The notes below the pieces were generated by a model. It searched no databases and was not told where the DNA came from. It was given only the letters and a program-made list of their open reading frames with translations. DNA of 64,000 nt from the NCBI GenBank assembly GCA_031082185.1, contig JAVHLI010000001.1, positions 199,127-263,126 of the forward strand, given 5' to 3'. The DNA comes from a bacterium (GTDB lineage Bacteria; Sysuimicrobiota; Sysuimicrobiia; Sysuimicrobiales; Humicultoraceae). Numbering within the stretch: position 1 is the stretch's first letter; each line of letters opens with the position of its first letter. Made by a program: the position numbers and the translations under genes. Positions 55,717-64,000 of this stretch are shown here, piece after piece.

Positions 55717-56135
55717 CGGCTCAGCCGCTCGAGCTGCGCCTGCCGCGCCCGCCGGAGGAATGGAATGAGGTCCGCGGCGCGCAGTAAGGTATCGCGCTCG
55801 AACTCGCGCGCCCGCTCCGGGTCGGTGACGTGCACGCGGACCCCTTCGCGAAGGATCTTCGCGGCAAACGGCGCCGGGATCTCGTTGAGGATGACGACGT
55901 CCACGTCGTTCTCCCCGAGGGCGTGAATGAGGTCGCCGATGAGCCGCAGGCGGATCTCGAAGCGGGCCGCGGCGGCGAGGTGGGCGGCCGGATCAAGCAC
56001 CACCCCCACGTCCACGTCGCTCTCAGGCACATCTCTTTCCAGTGCGCGGCTGCCAAACAGGTACGCTGCAAGGACGCCATCAGGGGCCCGATGGCGGAAG
56101 TATTGTTCCAGTTTCTCGCGGAGATCGGGAGTCAT
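55713..56135 (-). CDS. mntA: MntA nucleotidyltransferase antitoxin
   Basis: AYLFGSRALERDVPESDVDVGVVL. Confidence 0.65.
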   Translation of the reverse strand: MTPDLREKLEQYFRHRAPDGVLAAYLFGSRALERDVPESDVDVGVVLDPAAHLAAAARFEIRLRLIGDLIHALGENDVDVVILNEIPAPFAAKILREGVRVHVTDPERAREFERDTLLRAADLIPFLRRARQAQLERLSR

Positions 56136-56174
56136 AAGAATCGGCCGCCCACATCACGATACCACACGCCCGTC

Positions 56175-56540
56175 TCAGCCATCGGCCTTCTTGTTGCTGA
56201 CCTCTGCCAGGACGTTCACGATCGCTGCCTTGAATCCCGGGAGATCCTCACGGATCGTCTGCCACACAACTTCGAGGTTCACTCCGAAATAGTCGTGGAT
56301 CAGCTTGTCGCGCAGTCCGGCAGCCGCCTGCCACGGCACATCGGGGTGCCGTTTCCGGACGGAGGCGGGAACCTTCTTGGCGGCTTCGCCCACCAGTTCA
56401 AGCGCCCGGATTACGGCATAGACCGTCTTCTCGTCTGCCGAGAAGGAGGCGAGGTTCATGCCTTCGGTGAATCGATCGGCCTTTTCGGCGGCGTCCAGGA
56501 TGTCGCGCAGGTAGTCAGCAATGGCGCGCTTTCTAGTCAA
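56175..56540 (-). CDS. hepT: HepT (DUF86) toxin
   Basis: ..GLRDKLIHDYFGVNLEVVW.. (R-x4-HxY). Confidence 0.65.
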   Translation of the reverse strand: MTRKRAIADYLRDILDAAEKADRFTEGMNLASFSADEKTVYAVIRALELVGEAAKKVPASVRKRHPDVPWQAAAGLRDKLIHDYFGVNLEVVWQTIREDLPGFKAAIVNVLAEVSNKKADG

Positions 56541-56875
56541 ACCTGGACGACCTCGTCAAGAATTCTCTTGCCGACGGTTGGTTTCAGGGCGTCCTTCATT
56601 ACCAGGTCTACCTTCACGCCGAGCAGGCGGCTGATCTCGTGTTCGAGTTCGATGAACTTGAAGAGACCAAGTGGACGGTTGAAGTCCACGAGCACGTCCA
56701 GATCGCTGCCCCGCCTCTGTTCGCCGCGGACGTAGGAACCGAACACCCCCAAGGATCTCACCCTGTAGAGATGTCTCAACATCGGTAGGTGCCGCCGCAG
56801 GATGCGGACGTACTGAGCCGTCGATCCTGGCAGAGTGACGACTCCACTTCGGCGCGTTCGACTAGACCGGTTCAT
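56537..56875 (-). CDS. mntA: MntA nucleotidyltransferase antitoxin
   Basis: LGVFGSYVRGEQRRGSDLDVLVDF. Confidence 0.65.
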   Translation of the reverse strand: MNRSSRTRRSGVVTLPGSTAQYVRILRRHLPMLRHLYRVRSLGVFGSYVRGEQRRGSDLDVLVDFNRPLGLFKFIELEHEISRLLGVKVDLVMKDALKPTVGKRILDEVVQV

Positions 56876-56988
56876 CTCAGCGCTCCTGAGAACGTTCAGG
56901 CTGTCTCACAACACCATTCTACCGAATCTGAGATGGGACTACCTAGTTGGGCGCGCGGCTACAAAACAGGTAGGCCGCCATGACGCCG

Positions 56989-57717
56989 TCAGGGGATCGG
57001 CGGCGGGCGCCGCTTGTGCTCGGTCGCGGCGTGCATGCGCTCGATGCGCGTCCGTATCTCCGCCGGCGCCGCCCCGCTGAGGAGGTACGCGTCGAGGACG
57101 GCGTAGGTCAACCCCATTTCACCCTCGTCGGTCTGGCCGGGCCATAGGCCGGCGCTCGGGGTGCGGTCCACGATCGCCTGCGGCACCCCCAGGTGGGCTG
57201 CCAGCTCGCGCACCTCGGACTTCACGAGCCCGCCGATGGGCTGCAAGTCCACGCCGCCGTCACCGTGCTTGGTGAAGTAGCCGACGTAGGCCTCGCTGCG
57301 GTTGCCGGTGCCGACCACCAACCGGTTGAGCCGGTTGGCGAAGTAGTAGAGCGTTGTCATCCGCAGCCGAGGGCGCAGGTTGGCCAGCGCCATGCGGTGG
57401 TCCGCGGGCTGCCCGCCATCCCGCAGCGCCGCTGTCAGCGCATCGAAGGTCGCATCGAGTACGACCGTCGTGTAGGGCAGGCCCAACGCCGCGCAGAACG
57501 CTTCGGCATCCTCTATGTCACGCGGGTCGCTGTGACAGGGGATGATGACACCCAGCGTCGATTCGGGAAACGCGCGCAGGCAGAGCGCTGCGACGGCCGC
57601 GGAATCCACCCCTCCTGAGATGCCCACCACCGCTCCCAGCGTTCCGGCTTCGCCCGCCCGTTCGCGCAGCCAGGCGATCAGGCGCTCTGATACCTCTTGT
57701 GGGGATCTCTGCGGCAT
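56989..57717 (-). CDS. nadE: NH3-dependent NAD+ synthetase
   Basis: ..GISGGVDSAAVAALC.. (PP-loop SGGxDS). ..LVVGTGNRSE...GYFTKHGDGG. Confidence 0.85.
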   Translation of the reverse strand: MPQRSPQEVSERLIAWLRERAGEAGTLGAVVGISGGVDSAAVAALCLRAFPESTLGVIIPCHSDPRDIEDAEAFCAALGLPYTTVVLDATFDALTAALRDGGQPADHRMALANLRPRLRMTTLYYFANRLNRLVVGTGNRSEAYVGYFTKHGDGGVDLQPIGGLVKSEVRELAAHLGVPQAIVDRTPSAGLWPGQTDEGEMGLTYAVLDAYLLSGAAPAEIRTRIERMHAATEHKRRPPPIP

Positions 57718-58113
57718 CTACTGTGAGGGCACGCGGTGGGTGTAGGTGACCAGGCCGAACTCGCGCGTGGTGGAGGACCGGTGCACGGGCTTGCCGGCGA
57801 CCGTTACCTGGATACCGAGCTCGCCTTTGTCCGTGGTCTTCTGCAGCGTGACCGAGAACCCTGACACCGTCTGGAACGCAATGCGGGTCGGTACGGCGCC
57901 GCCAGCGCGCTTCGATTCGCCGAGTTCTCCGTAGGAACCCTCGAACTTCAGCCCTGCGGTGCCGAAGACCTCGACAACCACCGGCATCGCCGGCCGCGGG
58001 CTGGGCTTCGGGATGAGGGGCTCGATGCTGCCCCCCCGGCGGCCGGGCGCCCGACATGAAGCGGTGGCGGCGATCACGACAACCAGTACCACGAGCAGGG
58101 CAACGTGTCTCAT
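57718..58113 (-). CDS. putative lipoprotein of unknown function
   Basis: MRHVALLVVLVVVIAATASC (lipobox-like TASC). No recognisable domain. Confidence 0.35.
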   Translation of the reverse strand: MRHVALLVVLVVVIAATASCRAPGRRGGSIEPLIPKPSPRPAMPVVVEVFGTAGLKFEGSYGELGESKRAGGAVPTRIAFQTVSGFSVTLQKTTDKGELGIQVTVAGKPVHRSSTTREFGLVTYTHRVPSQ

Positions 58114-58297
58114 GGTTAGGCCGTTTCGCAGCGGATGCGCCAACCTCCTTCCGGATTCCGGGGCTTGCCAACGGAGGACGCACGCAGTATCCTCGAATCA
58201 ACTGAATACGGATCACACCTCCGAACGGGCAAACCCGGAGCAATCCGGGGACGCAAAGCCGCAGGGCCACGGCAGTGGCCGGCTGGGTTGCCGAAGA

Positions 58298-58347
58298 GGA
58301 AGCACCGGCGAGGCGAGTGCTTCCATTCGCGCTCGCGTTTTCTTTTT
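58298..58347 (+). terminator. GC hairpin followed (after 13 nt) by T-rich tract. Candidate terminator / end of an unannotated small RNA.
   Basis: GGAAGCACcggcgaggcgaGTGCTTCC attcgcgctcgcg TTTTCTTTTT. No plus-strand CDS upstream within 400 bp. Confidence 0.25.
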
Positions 58348-58744
58348 CCGGGATTGCCCATCGGACGGCGCGCCGCCGCATCCATCCAGACCTCACCGTG
58401 GCGCGGCCGGGATACCGGGGGGAGCACGCCGGTCGCCGAATCCGGCACGGCGATCCGGCGCCACAAGGCGCCATACGGCGCAACGTCGTTTCCCCACGGC
58501 TCTCCCCATCCCGGCCGTCGCCATTCGATCCCCGTATGGACAAGTTGAGTAGCACGGGCGGCGATGTTCTTCGTTGCCCGCCGGAAGGGCAGGGGGGCGT
58601 CGGGCCAAGAGCTTGTCCAGGAAACCGGGGCCGGTGCACCCTCCCGAAGCTACTGATGATCAGGTATTCTATGAGTGACCACGGGTCCGGGCCGGGCCAT
58701 GTGTTGCCATCGGAGGCCGCAAATGAGGACGGGGGGAGGTCTCA

Positions 58745-58972
58745 ATGACACAGATCTTCACGGCGTATGTGGAGTTTGACCCCGATACGCTAATGTACGT
58801 CGGATCAATTCCGGGGCTGCCGGGCGCACATACTCAGGCGGCAACACTGGACGAGCTGCAGCACAACCTTCGCGAGGTTCTTGAACTCATCATCGAGGAG
58901 AGGAAGGCGAAAGGGGAACCTCTCGACATCGAGCACTTCGTTGGGATTCAGCAGATCGCGGTGAGCGTGTGA
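58745..58972 (+). CDS. hicB: HicB-like antitoxin (UPF0150)
   Basis: MTQIFTAYVEFDPDTLMYVGSIPGLPGAHTQAATLDELQHNLREVLELIIEE. Confidence 0.65.
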   Translation: MTQIFTAYVEFDPDTLMYVGSIPGLPGAHTQAATLDELQHNLREVLELIIEERKAKGEPLDIEHFVGIQQIAVSV

Positions 58973-59202
58973 CCAGATTGCCAATCGTCAATGCACGGAA
59001 GATGGAGCGGGTTCTACTTCGGCTGGGTTTCGATGCGGTGCGGCAGAAGGGGGGTCACGTCTTCTACCGGCATCCAAACGGTCGCACGACGACCATTCCG
59101 CACCACCCCGGTCGTGATCTGGCTCGCCCCCTCATCCGAGAGATCCTCCGCGAGGTCGACCTTTCGCCCGAGGACTTCGAGCGTCTGCTTCACGAGATCT
59201 GA
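58969..59202 (+). CDS. hicA: HicA-family mRNA interferase toxin
   Basis: ..KMERVLLRLGFDAVRQKGGHVFYRHPNGRTTTIPHHPGRDLARPLIREILRE. 4-nt overlap with hicB. Confidence 0.7.
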   Translation: MTRLPIVNARKMERVLLRLGFDAVRQKGGHVFYRHPNGRTTTIPHHPGRDLARPLIREILREVDLSPEDFERLLHEI

Positions 59203-59270
59203 TAGATCTGACAGCAGGACAACCCTCCGGCCGGCCTGCCCGATGCCCCCCGACGGCCCGTCCACTTCCG

Positions 59271-59327
59271 TTGACGGCCCGGCCCCAAGGCCGTACAATC
59301 GTTGCGCGGAGTGAGAAAGATTCTCAC
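59271..59327 (+). promoter_or_regulatory. sigma70-like promoter (TTGACG-17-TACAAT) followed by Zur/Fur-box-like inverted repeat GTGAGAAagaTTCTCAC
   Basis: -35 at 59271-59276, -10 at 59294-59299, palindrome at 59311-59327. 19 nt upstream of the zur start. Confidence 0.5.
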
Positions 59328-59345
59328 TTACTGCCCCGGCGGTGA

Positions 59346-59732
59346 ATGGTGGCGGACCCGAAGCGGACGCGCAATTCCCAGCAGCGCCAGCGCATCCTGC
59401 GTGCGATCCAGGCCGCAGGATGCCACCTGACCGCAGGAGAGATCCACCGCAGCGTGGGGCGAGGTGGACGCGCGATCGGGCTCGCCACGGTCTATCGAGC
59501 GCTTGAAGCGTTCGCGCGCGCGGGCATCGTGGAGTCGGTATCCCTGGGCGGCAGAGCGATCCGCTACGGCCTGGCGGTCGAGCACCACGACCACCTGGTT
59601 TGTCTGGAGTGCGGGAAGTGGCAGCCGCTGGGGCGTTGCCCTGCCCCGCGCGCCCCGAGGGGTGCTGCGCCTGGATTTAGGGTAACCGGGCACCGGCTGG
59701 AGTTCTTCGGTTACTGCGTGGAGTGCCGGTGA
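59346..59732 (+). CDS. zur: Fur-family metalloregulator, probably Zur
   Basis: ..QRQRILRAIQAAGCHLTAGEIH.....ATVYRALEAFARAGIV....HHDHLVCLECGK. Immediately upstream of znuACB. Confidence 0.75.
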   Translation: MVADPKRTRNSQQRQRILRAIQAAGCHLTAGEIHRSVGRGGRAIGLATVYRALEAFARAGIVESVSLGGRAIRYGLAVEHHDHLVCLECGKWQPLGRCPAPRAPRGAAPGFRVTGHRLEFFGYCVECR

Positions 59733-59742
59733 GGCGCTTACG

Positions 59743-60693
59743 ATGAACCGGCGCATCGCCATCGTGCTCCTAGTCGTCGCGATCCCGCTGCTGATCCTCG
59801 TGGTCGCACGGTCCCGCAGCGCCCGCGTGCCCACGGCGCGTCCGGTGGTCGTGGCCACGATCTACCCCCTGGCGGAGTTGGCCCAGAGGATCGGCGGCGA
59901 CCGCGTCGAGGTACGGACGCTGGTGCCCGCGGGCACCGAGGCCCACGACTTCGAGCCCGGACCACAGGATGTGGCCGCGATCGGCCGGGCGCGGTTGTTC
60001 ATCTACAACGGCGCAGGGTTCGATCCGTGGGTCGAGCGGCTGCTCCCGATGCTCCCGCCCACGGTCGGCGTCGTCCGGGCCACCGCCGGCCTGCCCCTGA
60101 TCAAGGCGTCGGGCGAGGCGGACGCCCACGGCCACCGTACACACGGCCACCCCACAGCGGTCGGGTTGCCCGACCCCCACGCATGGCTGGATCCCCTGCT
60201 GGCGGCGCAGATGCTGGAGGTAATTCTGATCGCATTTGTGGCCACCGACCCGGCGGGCGCGGAGGCGTACCAGCAGGCCGCCACCGTTGCCCGCGGGGAG
60301 CTCGCCGGACTGCACGCCCGCTTCATCCAGGGTCTGGCACGGTGCGAGCAGCGGCTGGTGGTGAGCACGCACACCGCGTTTGCATACCTGGCGCGGCGCT
60401 ACGGCCTCGAGCAGATCGGGCTGGCCGGGCTGGCGCCCGAGGCAGAGCCGACGCCCGCCGCGCTCGCCCGTCTGGCAAGAACGCTGCGGGCGAGAGGGGT
60501 GCGCGTGGTGTTTGTCGAACGGCTGGCGTCGCCGCGGGCCGCAGAGACCCTGGCGCGCGAGATCGGGGCGCGCACCATGATGCTGCACCCGGTCGAGGGG
60601 CTGACGCCCGAGGAGATCGCCGCCGGCGCCAACTACGTCACGATCATGGACGAGAACCTGCGCGTCCTGCGCGAGGGGCTCGGGTGTCGTTGA
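59743..60693 (+). CDS. znuA: zinc ABC transporter substrate-binding protein (ZnuA/TroA-like) with His-rich loop
   Basis: ..VVATIYPLAELAQRIGGDRVEVRTLVPAGTEAHDFEP... His-rich ADAHGHRTHGHP. Confidence 0.8.
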   Translation: MNRRIAIVLLVVAIPLLILVVARSRSARVPTARPVVVATIYPLAELAQRIGGDRVEVRTLVPAGTEAHDFEPGPQDVAAIGRARLFIYNGAGFDPWVERLLPMLPPTVGVVRATAGLPLIKASGEADAHGHRTHGHPTAVGLPDPHAWLDPLLAAQMLEVILIAFVATDPAGAEAYQQAATVARGELAGLHARFIQGLARCEQRLVVSTHTAFAYLARRYGLEQIGLAGLAPEAEPTPAALARLARTLRARGVRVVFVERLASPRAAETLAREIGARTMMLHPVEGLTPEEIAAGANYVTIMDENLRVLREGLGCR

Positions 60694-61526
60694 TGAGGGC
60701 CGCCGATGGGACACGGGATGAGGCGCCGGCGACGGACCGTGGGGCCCGCGATGAGGCGCCCCTGATGGATCCCGGTGCGCGCACCCCGGTCGTCGAGGTG
60801 CGCGGCGTCTGCTACGCCTACGCTCACGAGCGCGTGATCGAGGACATCTCGCTGACCATTCACGCAGGGGACTTCCTCGGTATAATCGGACCCAACGGTT
60901 CTGGGAAGACCACGCTGTTGAAGATCCTTGTCGGGCTGCTGCGTCCCTCGTGCGGCGAGGTGCTCCTGTTTGGCACCGAGCTGACGCGGTTCACCGAGTG
61001 GCGGCGCATCGGCTACGTGCCCCAGCGCGTTACCGCCTTCGATCCTCGTTTTCCGGCCACGGTAAGGGAAGTCGTGGCCAGCGGCCGCGCCGGGCGGACC
61101 GGATTGCTGCGGGCCCCGGGCAAGGAGGATCGGCGCGCGGTCGAGCGCGCGCTGGAGGTGGTCGGCGTCGCGGAGTTGAGCGGGCGGATGATAGGCCACC
61201 TCTCCAGCGGCCAGCAGCAGCGTGCCTTCATCGCGCGAGCGCTGGTCAGCGAACCCGAGCTGCTGGTGCTCGACGAGCCGCTCGTCGGCGTGGACGCCGG
61301 GGCGCAGGAACGGTTCTACGACCTGCTCCGCCACCTGCACCGCGACCTCAACGTGACGCTGGTGATGATCTCCCACGACGTAGGCGTGATCGCCTCGGAG
61401 GTCACCACGCTGGCATGCATGAACCGCACGCTCGTCTACCACGGCGAGCCGAGCGCGTTCCTGGAGAGCGACGTGCTGAGCGCGGTCTACCACACCGGCG
61501 TGCGCGTCGTCTCGCACGTGCACTGA
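60693..61526 (+). CDS. znuC: zinc ABC transporter ATP-binding protein (start uncertain; a later in-frame Met is possible)
   Basis: GIIGPNGSGKTTLLK... LSSGQQQRAFIARAL... LLVLDEP. Confidence 0.8.
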   Translation: MRAADGTRDEAPATDRGARDEAPLMDPGARTPVVEVRGVCYAYAHERVIEDISLTIHAGDFLGIIGPNGSGKTTLLKILVGLLRPSCGEVLLFGTELTRFTEWRRIGYVPQRVTAFDPRFPATVREVVASGRAGRTGLLRAPGKEDRRAVERALEVVGVAELSGRMIGHLSSGQQQRAFIARALVSEPELLVLDEPLVGVDAGAQERFYDLLRHLHRDLNVTLVMISHDVGVIASEVTTLACMNRTLVYHGEPSAFLESDVLSAVYHTGVRVVSHVH

Positions 61527-62347
61527 TGCCGGAGATCCTGCAGCACTCGTTCATGCAGCGCGCACTGCTCGCAGGGGTGATCGTGGCCGTGGTCTGTCCC
61601 CTGATAGGCGTCTTCCTTGTGCTGCGCCGCCTATCGCTGATTGCCGATACGCTCTCGCACGTGGCGCTGGCCGGCATCGCGATCGGGTTGTTCGCCGGGG
61701 TGCCTCCGATCCTGTCGGCGCTCGTGGTCGCCATCGCGGGCGGCGTGGGGGTTGAGGCCCTGCGCGCGCGCGGCCGGATGTTCGGCGAGGCGGCGCTCTC
61801 GGTGTTCCTCTCGGGCGGGCTCGCGGTGGCGATAGTGCTGATCGGGCTGGCACGCGGTTTCACGGTGGACCTGTTTGGGTATCTCTTCGGCAGCATCACC
61901 ACGGTGACGCCGCTGGACGTGTGGGTGATAGCCGCGCTCGGCGGGCTGACCGCCGCAACCGTGCTGGGATTCTACAAAGAGCTGTTTGCCATCACCTTCG
62001 ACGAGGAGGCGGCGCGCACGAGCGGGCTGCCGGTCCGGGCGCTGAACCTCCTGTTCACGGTGCTCACCGCGCTGGTGGTCGTACTGGCGATGCGGATCGT
62101 GGGCATACTGCTGGTGGGCGCGCTGCTGGTGCTGCCGACTCTCGCTGCGATGCAGGTGGCGTCGTCGTTTCGGGGGACGCTGACGGCGGCGATCACCTTC
62201 GCGGTTGCCGCGGTGGTGCTGGGGCTGGTGGCGGCGTTCTATCTGGACGTGGCAGCGGGCGGGGCGATCGTGCTGGTGGCGCTGGCGCTGCTGGGGGCGG
62301 CGGCGCTGGTCGGGCGCGAGGTCGCGCGCGAGGTCGCGCACACCTGA
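61526..62347 (+). CDS. znuB: zinc ABC transporter permease
   Basis: MPEILQHSFMQRALLAGVIVAVVCPLIGVFLVLRRLSLIADTLSHVALAGIAIG. ATGA overlap with znuC. Confidence 0.8.
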   Translation: MPEILQHSFMQRALLAGVIVAVVCPLIGVFLVLRRLSLIADTLSHVALAGIAIGLFAGVPPILSALVVAIAGGVGVEALRARGRMFGEAALSVFLSGGLAVAIVLIGLARGFTVDLFGYLFGSITTVTPLDVWVIAALGGLTAATVLGFYKELFAITFDEEAARTSGLPVRALNLLFTVLTALVVVLAMRIVGILLVGALLVLPTLAAMQVASSFRGTLTAAITFAVAAVVLGLVAAFYLDVAAGGAIVLVALALLGAAALVGREVAREVAHT

Positions 62348-62455
62348 TCCAACGGACGGTCGTGCCGGTGATGAACTAGGCCTCGTTAGGCCCAGAACCC
62401 TCCCCAGAAATCCCCTGTAGCCGAAGAAGGAATTCGCGGGGCGCGCGGTGTACTG

Positions 62456-62463
62456 TGTCGACA
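62456..62463. promoter_or_regulatory. GntR-type operator candidate TGTCGACA (t.GT..AC.a) within a longer imperfect palindrome gtgtactgTGTCGACAgtatacac
   Basis: ~40 bp upstream of the GntR regulator start at 62502. Confidence 0.35.
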
Positions 62464-62501
62464 GTATACACTCTACCCCACCCGCGACCGGAGGCTGGCC
62501 T

Positions 62502-63197
62502 ATGCGGCCCATCGACAACGCGACCCTCAGCCATCGGGTCCGTGACCACCTGCGGGAGGATATCCTCGCCAACCGACTTCCGCCGGGGACGCGCCTCCAG
62601 GAGAAAGAGATTGCCGGCGCGCATGGGATCAGTCGTGCGCCGGTGCGCGAGGCGCTGCGCCTGCTGGCGGTCGAGGATCTGGTGGCGATTGAGCCCCGGC
62701 GCGGCGCCGTGGTCAAGGCGCTCTCGCCCTCGGAGTTTCTGGCCGCCTACCAGGTACGCGAGGCGCTCGAGATGCTGGCGATCCGCCTGGCGGTGCCGCG
62801 GATGACCGACGAGGACCTCAAGACGCTGAGGGACCTGCACGCCCAGATGGCCACCTACACCGAGAAGCACGACGCGGACCGCTTCTTCCGGAGCAACAAC
62901 GCATTTCACAGCCTGTTTGCCGAGCGGTCGGGCAACGATCTGCTCCAGCGGCTGTACCGGCAACTGATCAACAAGATGCGCCGATACCGCATGCGGTCGC
63001 TCTACCTCCGCGGCGGGCTGGACCGGTCGATTGCCGAACACGCGGCGATCCTCGAGGCGGTCGAGAGCCGCGACGCCGAGGAGGCCATGCGCCTGCTCAG
63101 CGAGCACATCCAGGTCCCGCAGCGGATACTGCGGTCAGTGCCTGAAGACGAGCTCGTGCAGGTCGCTGCGGGTAGGGAGCCGCGGCGGCGGTCGTAG
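62502..63197 (+). CDS. GntR-family transcriptional regulator (FadR/FCD subfamily)
   Basis: MRPIDNATLSHRVRDHLREDILANRLPPGTRLQEKEIAGAHGISRAPVREALRLL. Helical FCD domain follows. Confidence 0.75.
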   Translation: MRPIDNATLSHRVRDHLREDILANRLPPGTRLQEKEIAGAHGISRAPVREALRLLAVEDLVAIEPRRGAVVKALSPSEFLAAYQVREALEMLAIRLAVPRMTDEDLKTLRDLHAQMATYTEKHDADRFFRSNNAFHSLFAERSGNDLLQRLYRQLINKMRRYRMRSLYLRGGLDRSIAEHAAILEAVESRDAEEAMRLLSEHIQVPQRILRSVPEDELVQVAAGREPRRRS

Positions 63198-63239
63198 CCC
63201 GTCGACGCAACGCGTTCCGAGCGGAGAGGAGCACGGCGC

Positions 63240-64000
63240 ATGGTACCAGGATCCCTGAAGTTCGGAGTCAACCTGAACAACCGCGAGCCACTACTGGCGC
63301 CGCAGTACGACATACCGGCGTTGCTGGACCTTTCGGTGGCCGTGGAGGAGGCGGGGTTTGACTCGGTCTGGGTCGGCGACAGCCTCTTCTCCAAGCCACG
63401 CTACGAGCCGCTGGCGCTGCTGGCGGCCATCTCGCAGCGCACCAGCCGGGTGCGACTGGGCACCGCGTGCCTGGTGACGGCCACCCGCAACCCCCTCTAC
63501 TTGGCGCTGGAGTGGGCGACCCTGGACGTCATCTCGCGCGGCCGCACCATCCTGGGCGCCTGCATGGGGAACCCCGAGGAAGGCGTGCGCCGCGAGTACA
63601 AGGCGCTGGGGCTGGACTTTGGGAAGCGGGCGGCGATCTTCGAGGAAGGCCTTCACGTGCTGCGAGCGCTGTGGACCGACGGGCGCGTGTCCTTCCACGG
63701 CCAGTTCTTCCAGTATGACGACATCAGCTTCTCCTCGGGCGTGGAGATGGGACCGCTGATTCCGGTGCAACAGCCGCCGCCCACATGGATCGTGAGTAAC
63801 CCCCGCCTGATCCGCGGCGTACAGGAGGACGTGGTGGGCCGCGTCATCGACCGCGCCGCCGCCCGCATCGTGCGCTACGGCGACGGCTGGATGACGTGCT
63901 GTCGCGCGCGGCACCCAGAGGAGCTCGTTGAGCAGCTGGCACGGATCCGCGATGCCGCCCGAGAGGCGGGCAAGGACCCGTCGTCGCTCGAGGTGGCCTA
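63240..64000 (+). CDS. LLM-class (luciferase-like) flavin/F420-dependent oxidoreductase, 3' end outside window
   Basis: MVPGSLKFGVNLNNREPL......AGFDSVWVGDSLF......GTACLVTATRNPLYLA. Confidence 0.65.
   Translation, partial: MVPGSLKFGVNLNNREPLLAPQYDIPALLDLSVAVEEAGFDSVWVGDSLFSKPRYEPLALLAAISQRTSRVRLGTACLVTATRNPLYLALEWATLDVISRGRTILGACMGNPEEGVRREYKALGLDFGKRAAIFEEGLHVLRALWTDGRVSFHGQFFQYDDISFSSGVEMGPLIPVQQPPPTWIVSNPRLIRGVQEDVVGRVIDRAAARIVRYGDGWMTCCRARHPEELVEQLARIRDAAREAGKDPSSLEVA

Noticed and set aside
57518-58639. 373-aa minus-strand ORF spanning the nadE end, lipoprotein gene and intergenic region
   Set aside because: Spurious long frame in GC-rich DNA. It overlaps better-supported genes and contains no motifs.
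1-64000. CRISPR arrays, reverse transcriptases/retrons, phage integrases, large ATPase/nuclease defence genes
   Set aside because: I scanned for regularly spaced direct repeats and for the relevant protein signatures in the ORF translations and found none. The only mobile-element proteins are the IS481, IS21 and IS630 transposases.

Overview
High-GC (~65-70%) bacterial chromosomal window, probably from a diderm organism (Wza/Wzi/Wzc export genes). It has three parts.

(1) 1-13.9 kb is a plastic toxin-antitoxin (TA) 'junkyard'. It holds tandem DUF433/DUF5615 pairs, two MazEF pairs, VapBC, Phd-VapC, HicAB-like pairs, a DUF4258/DUF2283 pair and an orphan Phd. It also holds an IS481-family insertion sequence, many gene fragments, and an unusual YjbQ-like fusion gene that has a deleted partial copy. 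The island is bracketed by two diverged ~0.9-kb direct repeats, each carrying a short UDP-glucose-dehydrogenase-like gene plus its promoter.

(2) 13.5-43.3 kb is one large minus-strand exopolysaccharide/O-antigen-like locus. It encodes PglF/E/D/C-like diacetamido-sugar genes, gmd-fcl (GDP-fucose), rmlACD, several glycosyltransferases, wzy, a frameshifted wzx, wzc, a wzi-like gene and wza. A NusG-paralog/LuxR regulator pair sits at its head, followed by an ops-like motif. The locus is scarred by an IS21 insertion (6-bp target-site duplication, TSD), a decayed IS630 transposase and chimeric glycosyltransferase remnants.

(3) 43.4-64 kb is a second TA patch plus housekeeping genes. The TA patch has MazEF, DUF433/DUF5615, VapBC and three HepT/MntA modules, one frameshifted. 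The housekeeping genes are mazG, a PPIase, mfd, an aldo-keto reductase, an in-frame homoserine-kinase/aspartokinase fusion ORF, nadE, zur-znuACB, a GntR regulator and a partial LLM oxidoreductase.

No rRNA, tRNA or CRISPR array was recognised. All functional calls are from by-eye motif recognition of the supplied translations. No database search was run.
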